This document shows positions 57,507 through 64,000 of a stretch of DNA of 64,000 nt, piece after piece (positions within the stretch are counted from its first letter, which is position 1; each line of letters opens with the position of its first letter). A program made the translations under genes and the position numbers. The notes beneath the pieces are model-generated. The model made no database searches, was not told the DNA's origin, and worked only from the letters and a program-made list of their open reading frames with translations. Origin of the DNA: Methanomassiliicoccaceae archaeon (lineage in GTDB: Archaea; Thermoplasmatota; Thermoplasmata; Methanomassiliicoccales; Methanomassiliicoccaceae); contig JAXGZN010000002.1 in assembly GCA_040776945.1 (NCBI GenBank), positions 768,001 to 832,000 of the forward strand, given 5' to 3'.

Positions 57507-59090
57507 TCAACGCACCACGCTCACGCCCTCTAGATTGAGCCAGGGGTCCTCCGCGCTTATCCAATAGCCTTTCACGTTCATGCGGTAGGCCACGATCTTC
57601 TTCTCATGAACGAGGTAGAACCCGGGCAGCTCGTCGATGACCCATTCCTGTAGGTCACGGTATAGTTGGGCCTGCTGGGTCAGATTGGAGGTGGCATCGG
57701 CCGACCTAGCCATCTGATCGAAGGTGGCATTATTGTAGTGGGACCAAAGACCGCTGGAGTCGTGCAGGAAATAGTGTCGAGGGTATGGGCCCCATACGAA
57801 ATAGCCAGTGCGCAGGATCATCCCAAAGTCCCCCGAGGCCTCCTTGGCATTGAACGTCGAGGTGGGGAGCTTCTCCACCTGCACGCTCATGCCCGCCTCG
57901 CGCAACATGGCGGCGATAGCGTCGGACATCTCGCTGAACCGGGCCGCCCAGGCATCCTCAGTGGTCATTATCAAGGAAGTGCTGAACTTGATGCCGTCCT
58001 TGTAGTAGTAGCCATCGCTCTCCTTGGTCCATCCCGCCTCCTCCATGAGCTCGTTGGAGCGGGTCAAGTTCTTTGTGTACAGGTTGATGCTGTCATTGCC
58101 GTACATCATGGCGGGGGAGGTTGCCCGGCCCTGGGCCGCCATTCCCTGGCCGCTCAGTAGCTCCCTCACGATCTCCTCGGTATCGATGGCCCATGCCACC
58201 GCTTGACGGACCCGCACGTCGGTGAACGGACTTACCGAGGCGTTGTGGGCATCGTCCTTGGTATTGAACTGCAGGAAGTCGGTGAAGGTGGACAGTCTGG
58301 CCTGGACTCTGATCCCGGCACTGTTGTTCAGATCGACCACGTCGCCCTCTGATACCTTCAGTATCATGTCGACGTCCCCTGCCTTGAGGGCTAGCTTCCG
58401 GGTATTGGGGTCCTTGATGACCTTGAACACCACCTTGTCCAAGGCCGGCCTTTCGCCATAATAGTTTTCGTTCCGGACCAGCACGATCTCCTGATCGGTG
58501 GTCTGGGACTCGAACTTGAACGGTCCGGTGCCGATTATCTTGCCGTTCCACTTTCCATCTTGGGCGGCCATGTTCGGCGACATGACCGGCCAAGCGATGT
58601 GGGTCAGATAATAGGGAAGAGCGCCCATTGGCGCCTTCATCACAAACCGGACCGTATGGTCATTGACCTTCTCCACGTAGTTGACCCTGGCCAGGACCCC
58701 GAAGTTCTTAACATAGGTGCTGTTGCCATATGAGAATATCACCGCATCGGCGTTGAAGTCCGAGCCGTCATGGAACTTTACACCCTTGGTGAGATTGAAC
58801 TGCCAGCTCATCCCGTTGTCAGGGGTGTACCAAGAGGATGCCAGCCCCGGTATGAGTTTGAGGTTGGTGTCAAGCCTGGCCAGAGTGCCATAGACCTGGG
58901 CCCATACGAACCTAGTGTCGCCGTCCGCAAACTTCTCCAAATACCAGTTGTTCACGTCCGAGCTGATCGCCACTAGGAGCTTGCTCTCTTTGTTTTCCTC
59001 CTGCGGCGGCGCCATGACGATGAGCGCCGAGATGATTACTATCGCTACGACCGCAATGCTAGCTACGGCTATCCATGATCTCTTCAACAT
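57507..59090 (-). CDS. ABC transporter substrate-binding protein, family 5 (NikA/DppA/OppA)
   Basis: N-terminal TM anchor, 'PGLA.SW', 'GVKFHDG', 'IGTGPF' and 'PF.D.RVRQA'. ATG at 59090 after a GAGGGG RBS. Confidence 0.93.
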   Translation of the reverse strand: MLKRSWIAVASIAVVAIVIISALIVMAPPQEENKESKLLVAISSDVNNWYLEKFADGDTRFVWAQVYGTLARLDTNLKLIPGLASSWYTPDNGMSWQFNLTKGVKFHDGSDFNADAVIFSYGNSTYVKNFGVLARVNYVEKVNDHTVRFVMKAPMGALPYYLTHIAWPVMSPNMAAQDGKWNGKIIGTGPFKFESQTTDQEIVLVRNENYYGERPALDKVVFKVIKDPNTRKLALKAGDVDMILKVSEGDVVDLNNSAGIRVQARLSTFTDFLQFNTKDDAHNASVSPFTDVRVRQAVAWAIDTEEIVRELLSGQGMAAQGRATSPAMMYGNDSINLYTKNLTRSNELMEEAGWTKESDGYYYKDGIKFSTSLIMTTEDAWAARFSEMSDAIAAMLREAGMSVQVEKLPTSTFNAKEASGDFGMILRTGYFVWGPYPRHYFLHDSSGLWSHYNNATFDQMARSADATSNLTQQAQLYRDLQEWVIDELPGFYLVHEKKIVAYRMNVKGYWISAEDPWLNLEGVSVVR

Positions 59091-59181
59091 ATCCCCTCTC
59101 CTTCCCTCGCCCTGGAATGCGAGATATTTTAATCCCTGGGCCAGGCTCGACGGCTCGGCCGAGCGCGGCCAAAGCCATTTA

Positions 59182-59208
59182 GTAACACTAATTCCAAATA
59201 TGTGATAC
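59182..59208. promoter_or_regulatory. NikR-like operator candidate
   Basis: GTAACAC-N13-GTGATAC (6/7 dyad) in the divergent promoter between the ABC operon and the methyltransferase. Confidence 0.45.
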
Positions 59209-59257
59209 CGTATATAACCGTTCGCAGAAGGCAGAGAAAGGCACAGGACAGGATACC

Positions 59258-59881
59258 ATAGCTTCGGCAAGGAGAGAGGTCAACCCCAAGCAGAGGGAGT
59301 TTTTCAACGGCAGGGCGAGCGAGTGGGACAGCACGGTCGCCCATGATCTGGAGAAGGTCAGGACCATAGTCGAGAGCATGGGTCTCAAGCACGGAGCGGG
59401 GATCCTTGACGTGGGGACAGGGACGGGCGTCACCATCCCATTCCTGGAGAAGAAAGTAGGGTCTGACGGAAGGATCGTCTGTGTCGATTATGCCGAGAAC
59501 ATGATCGCGATCGCCAAGTCCAAGCACCCCGTGGACCGGTTCCCCAACGTTGCCTTTATCGTGAGCGACGTCAACGACCTGGCGATGGAGGGGGACTTCG
59601 ATGCCATACTCTGCTATTCCTGCTTCCCTCACTTCATCGACCAGGAGGGTACCCTTAAGCACCTGACCAACGGCTTGAGGAGGGGCGGGAGGCTCATGGT
59701 CGCCCATTCCCAGTCCCGCGCCGACATCAACAAGGTCCATATGGAGAGCGGCGAGGTCGTGGAGAAGGATTACCTTCCCGCCATGGAGGAGCTGAGGGGG
59801 ATGATGGAGAGGGCCGGCCTTGCCGTGGCGAGCAGCGTCGACAATGATGACATGTTCTATATAATCGGGATAAGGCGCTGA
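59258..59881 (+). CDS. Class I SAM-dependent methyltransferase (start uncertain, first ATG at 59378)
   Basis: 'ILDVGTGTG', 'VDYA..M', 'FDAI..YS.FPHF' and 'GG.L.VAH'. Conserved-looking 'FFN..A.EWD' lies upstream of the first ATG. Confidence 0.85.
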   Translation: MASARREVNPKQREFFNGRASEWDSTVAHDLEKVRTIVESMGLKHGAGILDVGTGTGVTIPFLEKKVGSDGRIVCVDYAENMIAIAKSKHPVDRFPNVAFIVSDVNDLAMEGDFDAILCYSCFPHFIDQEGTLKHLTNGLRRGGRLMVAHSQSRADINKVHMESGEVVEKDYLPAMEELRGMMERAGLAVASSVDNDDMFYIIGIRR

Positions 59882-60266
59882 ACGAATTGCGCCGCCGCCT
59901 CACAAGCGTTTACCTTGGCCGATGCATCCCTCTCTGGCCCAGAAGGTCCCCCAAACGAACCCGGCATCGTCCCCGGCCACCGTTGGCGCTCCGCTCATCC
60001 TCGACGCACTTCCGCGCTCAGTCCTTCCGCACCATAACCCTCGGACGGCCAGAAGTTCGATGCCATCGCGGCCCTGCCTCTTCACATCGGCGCTGTCGGA
60101 GTCCCAAGGACCCATGCCCCGCGGGCGCCTGCCCCCTCAGCACCCCAAAACTGCTGTTGAGGGGCAGCGGCGGGGTGCGTCACGGCAGAGAGAGGACGTC
60201 CCTCCTCAATGCTCGCTTCCTCCTTCCGACTGGAAGGCCCCGGGAGAGGAAAGGTAGAAAAGAAGG

Positions 60267-61967
60267 ATGGTCGATAGCCGCGTGATGTCCGCCGAGCTGA
60301 AGGAAGCTATCAGGAAGTATGCGCTGCAGAACGCCTGCCTGTTCGGAGGCAAGGCCAACCCCAAGGCGGTCATGGGGAAGGTCCTGGCCGAGCGGCCGGA
60401 CCTGCGCTCCAAGGCCAAGGAGGTCTCCGCGGCGGCCGAGGAGGTCTGCCGCGAGGTCGAAGGAATGCCGTTCGAGGACATCCAGAGGGCCGTAGAGGCC
60501 ATTGACCCCAACCTGCTTAAGCGGACCAAGACGGAGAGGAGGAACGTTCTGCCCGATCTCCCGGGTGCGGTCGAAGGGAAGGTCGTCATGCGGATGGCCC
60601 CCGGCCCGTCAGGTCCGCTGCACATCGGCCACACCCGGGTCGCTTTGCTCAACGATGAGTACGTGAAGCGGTACAAGGGAAAGTACATCGACCGGCTGGA
60701 GGACACCAACCCCGAGAAGATCGACCCAGAAGCCTATAGGATGATCCCTGAGGATCTCGCATGGCTCGGCGTGCACGTGGACGAGACGGTGGTCCAGTCG
60801 GACCGGTTCGAGATCTACTATGACATAGCGCGCCAGCTCATCGACATGGGCAAGGCGTATGTGTGCACCTGTCCTCCCGAGCCGTGGAGGCAGATGAAGG
60901 AGGAAGGGAAGGCATGCCCGCATCGCTCACAGAGCAGCGAGGAGGCCAACGAACAGTTCGACAGGATGCTATCACACGGGTTCGGCGAAGAGGAGGCGGT
61001 CCTGGTGGTGAAGACCGATCTCAAGCACCCGAACCCCGCCGTCCGGGACTTTGTCGGGCTAAGGGTGGTGGACTCGGTGCCCCATCCGAGGACCGGCGAC
61101 CGTTACACGGTGTACCCGATGATGAACCTCTCAGTGGCGGCGGACGACCACCTGCTGGGGCTGACCCACGTCATAAGGGGGAAGGACCATCTTAACAACA
61201 CCCTGCGGCAGGAGTACATCTTCAACTATTTCGGTTGGAGGAAGCCTTCTTATCATCACTACGGCCTCGTTCACATCCCTGAGGCGATCCTCAAGACCTC
61301 GACCATCCATAAGGGCATCCTCGGCGGCGAGTACTCAGGCTGGGACGATGTCCGCCTTGGCACGGTCAGGGCGCTTGCTAAACGCGGCATCAGAGCAGAG
61401 GCGATCCGCAGTTACTGGCTCGACGTAGGCATGAAGGACGTGGACATCGAGTTCTCCTGGGAGAACCTGTACGCGTTCAACAAGCAGATCATCGATCCAG
61501 TGGCCGACCGTTACTTCTTCGTGTGGGACCCGGAGCCCCTGGAGATCGTAGGCGTGGACGTCCTGGAGGCCCGCTCGCCCCTGCATCCCGATCATCCAGA
61601 GAGAGGCACCAGGGACCACGTCCTTCGCCAGCCCATAACGGTCCTGATGACCAGAGAGGACCTTGAGGGGTTACGCGAGCGCGGCACCGTTCGGCTCAAG
61701 GACCTATGCAATCTCCGTTGGGAGAACGGCAAGGGGGTGTACACCGGCAACGACCACGGCGTGCTGAAGGAAGGGGTTAAGATATCCCACTGGGCCCCCG
61801 CCGATGGCGTGGAGGCAGAGGTCCATATGCCCGACGGATCGGTCAGGAAGGGGATCGCTGAACGGTTGCCTGTCCAAGAGAAGGACAAGGTCGTGCAGTT
61901 CGAGCGGTTCGGGTTCGCCCGAGTCGAGACCACGTCCCCGCGGTTGGAGGCATATTTCACTCAGTGA
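60267..61967 (+). CDS. gltX: Glutamyl-tRNA synthetase (archaeal type)
   Basis: 'R.APGPSGPLHIGH', 'EDTNP', 'QSDR', 'THVIRGKDH', 'GWDD.R' and 'QFERFGF'. Confidence 0.97.
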   Translation: MVDSRVMSAELKEAIRKYALQNACLFGGKANPKAVMGKVLAERPDLRSKAKEVSAAAEEVCREVEGMPFEDIQRAVEAIDPNLLKRTKTERRNVLPDLPGAVEGKVVMRMAPGPSGPLHIGHTRVALLNDEYVKRYKGKYIDRLEDTNPEKIDPEAYRMIPEDLAWLGVHVDETVVQSDRFEIYYDIARQLIDMGKAYVCTCPPEPWRQMKEEGKACPHRSQSSEEANEQFDRMLSHGFGEEEAVLVVKTDLKHPNPAVRDFVGLRVVDSVPHPRTGDRYTVYPMMNLSVAADDHLLGLTHVIRGKDHLNNTLRQEYIFNYFGWRKPSYHHYGLVHIPEAILKTSTIHKGILGGEYSGWDDVRLGTVRALAKRGIRAEAIRSYWLDVGMKDVDIEFSWENLYAFNKQIIDPVADRYFFVWDPEPLEIVGVDVLEARSPLHPDHPERGTRDHVLRQPITVLMTREDLEGLRERGTVRLKDLCNLRWENGKGVYTGNDHGVLKEGVKISHWAPADGVEAEVHMPDGSVRKGIAERLPVQEKDKVVQFERFGFARVETTSPRLEAYFTQ

Positions 61968-62100
61968 AACGGGCACGGCGGTCCCATCGGCGCAGGCCGC
62001 CGGAGCGCCAGCGCATCGCACGCATCCGCTCCGGGGAAGCCCTTCGGAACGAGTGAACGACGTTGAGAAGGGCGGCACAGGCCTTTCGGAAGCCCGGTGA

Positions 62101-62736
62101 CTAGAGCAGGCCCACGGAGGAGAGGGTGGACCACAGGAGGCTGATGCTGACATATATGAGAAAAATGCCGCAGACCAGTTGGATGGCACGGAAGGTGCGG
62201 TCGGTGATGTACCGCCGCCCCACGCTGACGACGTAGGCGAACAGGGGGCACCACAGGAGGCCGGCGGCGATGAACCCGAACATGAAAACCGCGTAATGCT
62301 CGGCCGCAGGATGGGGGGCGATGGCCGCGATGGTCGTGGCCCCGATGCCCAGCCAGAACGCCAATTGGAACGGGTTGCTGGTAGAGAGCACGATCCCGGT
62401 CATGATGTCCCCGCGGTCGGTCACGGAGGCCCCCTCCGGAATCCCCCCGCTCTTCGCTTCCGCCAATGCCTTGATCGCCAGATAGAACAGGAAAAGGCAG
62501 CCGATGAGTCCCAGGCCGAGCCTCACCGGCACGCTCTCGAACACCACCGCCAGGCCGACCAAGGCGATGAATGCCCACACGAGGTCGCCGACGAGGGAGC
62601 CGAACTGGACCCAAAGGGCCGGACGGTACCCTCTGCTGATGCCCCTCCTCAGTGCTTCGGCCGTGACCGACCCCGGGATCGCGCAATATACGAACTCGAG
62701 CACGAAGGCAGTGGCGAATATAAGCTCCAGTTCCAC
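62101..62736 (-). CDS. LysE family transporter
   Basis: 'IPG.V', 'GSLVGD' and 'SNP....FW', with 6 TM. Confidence 0.88.
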   Translation of the reverse strand: MELELIFATAFVLEFVYCAIPGSVTAEALRRGISRGYRPALWVQFGSLVGDLVWAFIALVGLAVVFESVPVRLGLGLIGCLFLFYLAIKALAEAKSGGIPEGASVTDRGDIMTGIVLSTSNPFQLAFWLGIGATTIAAIAPHPAAEHYAVFMFGFIAAGLLWCPLFAYVVSVGRRYITDRTFRAIQLVCGIFLIYVSISLLWSTLSSVGLL

Positions 62737-62777
62737 GCCACCGAGAACGCCCGGGCCGATTTAAATGTAGCCGGTCC

Positions 62778-63230
62778 TCAGCTCCTCAGGGAAACAAGGG
62801 CCTTCTTCTCCTCTTCTAAGAACCTCTTGTCCAGCTCTTCCTTCTTGGCTTCGTCGAACGACCGCTGCACCAGCTCCAGGACGTTGCCTTCCTCGATCTG
62901 GAAATGCAGGGAGATCATGTTGTTGGCCACCACCAGGCGGGGTATCCATACCTCCTCGGTTATCTCCACGTCGGCAAGGTCCCTCAGCATGCTCCTTATG
63001 ATCTTATGCTCCTCCATCGCCTGAAGGGCGATCGGCCTCACCTGGATGTCTGAGAGCAGTTCCCGGTATATCGTGCTCTTTTCTCCCCGCTCATGGGCCT
63101 CAACCCTCGATATCAGCTCGATGTACGACCTCCCGTACCTCTCAGCATCATCTATGGGGCCCCGAAGGAGGTCGTTCAACATTTTCTGAAGCTCCGAATG
63201 TTCCTCTTTCAGACGATCGACGATGTTCAT
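62778..63230 (-). CDS. Hemerythrin (HHE) domain protein
   Basis: 'L..EH', 'H...E...Y', 'EEH' and 'H...EE..V'. ATG at 63230. Confidence 0.82.
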   Translation of the reverse strand: MNIVDRLKEEHSELQKMLNDLLRGPIDDAERYGRSYIELISRVEAHERGEKSTIYRELLSDIQVRPIALQAMEEHKIIRSMLRDLADVEITEEVWIPRLVVANNMISLHFQIEEGNVLELVQRSFDEAKKEELDKRFLEEEKKALVSLRS

Positions 63231-63291
63231 TCCCACACCTCGTTCCAACACCTCCTGGGAGCCCAGCTGTATAAGTGGATTGCGGAGGCCC

Positions 63292-64000
63292 CTACAGGGA
63301 CAGCAGGAAGTTCGCCGTCCCGCCCAGCAGGAAGGCCATGGCGATGGAGGCCATGGAGACCGCCACCGCCTCCTTCAGCCCGAACTCCTTGGTCAACGCG
63401 GAGAAGACCCCGATGCACGGCATATATGTGGCCATGACCAGGGCGAACACGAAAAGCTGCTGAGGTGTGAGCACCTGCCCCAGGTCCGCGGAGGCGGTGA
63501 GAGAGAAGATGACGAACAGGATCTGCAGCGCCATCTCCTTTCGCAGGACCCCGAATATCAGCGCTACGATGATCGCCGGAGGTAGGCCCAGCAGCCCTAC
63601 GGTAATGAAGCTGAGGGGGTCCACCAGCGCGTCGAGTATGTTGTACGCCATCAGCAGCTCCAGCAGCAGGCTACCTGCCAGGAGCAATGGGAAAGCGATG
63701 ATGAAGAAATCGTTTATCCTCAGCCAGGTCTTCGAAAGGATATTGCTGGGAGAGGGCATCGAGAGCTCAGGGATCTCGATCACCAGGCTGGCCGGCTCCG
63801 CCCGCAGCACTACATGGAGCACCCTGCCGAGGACTAGCGCCAGGGCGAGAAGCACAAGGTAGATCAATCCCGCCCACAGTAACCCGGATTGCTGGCCGAC
63901 CGTTCCTATGATTATGACGGTCTGGGCAGAGCAAGGCACCGCCATGACGATGATGGTCGCCAGGATCAATCTCTCCCTCTTCGATTCCAGAGTGCGGGTG
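63292..64000 (-). CDS. feoB: Ferrous iron transporter FeoB, C-terminal part (truncated by the window edge)
   Basis: 'TR.LES.RER', 'VPCSAQ', 'EIP....P', 'G.LRKE' and 'Y.PC'. Confidence 0.9.
   Translation of the reverse strand, partial: TRTLESKRERLILATIIVMAVPCSAQTVIIIGTVGQQSGLLWAGLIYLVLLALALVLGRVLHVVLRAEPASLVIEIPELSMPSPSNILSKTWLRINDFFIIAFPLLLAGSLLLELLMAYNILDALVDPLSFITVGLLGLPPAIIVALIFGVLRKEMALQILFVIFSLTASADLGQVLTPQQLFVFALVMATYMPCIGVFSALTKEFGLKEAVAVSMASIAMAFLLGGTANFLLSL

Noticed and set aside
59882-60266. SRP or RNase P RNA in the C-rich gap before gltX
   Set aside because: No SRP helix 8 or RNase P GAGGAAAGUCC motif on either strand, only a local hairpin near 60130-60165.
1-64000. CRISPR array, rRNA, IS/transposase or prophage
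   Set aside because: I saw no regularly spaced direct repeats, rRNA signatures, DDE/HUH transposases or virion genes.
1-64000. Pyrrolysine (TAG) read-through fusions
   Set aside because: TAG-ending genes (3559, 15300, 31156, 39527, 42447, 54742, 62101) already encode complete domains. Where I traced the read-through, it did not join the next gene in frame.

Overview
A GC-rich archaeal chromosome segment, most consistent with a Methanomassiliicoccales (Thermoplasmatota) methanogen. This is an inference from the thermosome, archaeal DnaG, NreA, Trm1, archaeal AspRS and GluRS, the bifunctional FBP aldolase/phosphatase, an intron-containing tRNA-Ser(CGA) and GGTGA/GGAGG-type RBSs. Most genes are housekeeping. 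I found no CRISPR array, rRNA, transposase or prophage. The notable items are: (1) two tandem, equal-length, paralogous serine recombinases with different recognition helices, divergent from a single-OB ssDNA-binding gene and flanked by AT-rich DNA, with no mobile cargo; (2) an ~11 kb cluster of bacterial-type glycolysis genes (pgk, gpmA, class I aldolase, PfkB kinase, ppsA, D-2-hydroxyacid dehydrogenase, pgi, type I gap), alongside the native archaeal fbp-tpiA pair; (3) a PolX-PHP protein with both active sites eroded, next to nreA and an SPL-like radical SAM gene; (4) an orphan two-domain protein with a BPI/LBP (TULIP)-like layout; (5) a protease-less, Zn-finger-containing LonB-type ATPase coupled to dnaG; (6) a stand-alone RusA resolvase; (7) several structured non-coding leaders and operator-like palindromes; and (8) a methyltransferase that seems to need a non-canonical start codon. 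All calls come from reading motifs by eye, with no database searches.
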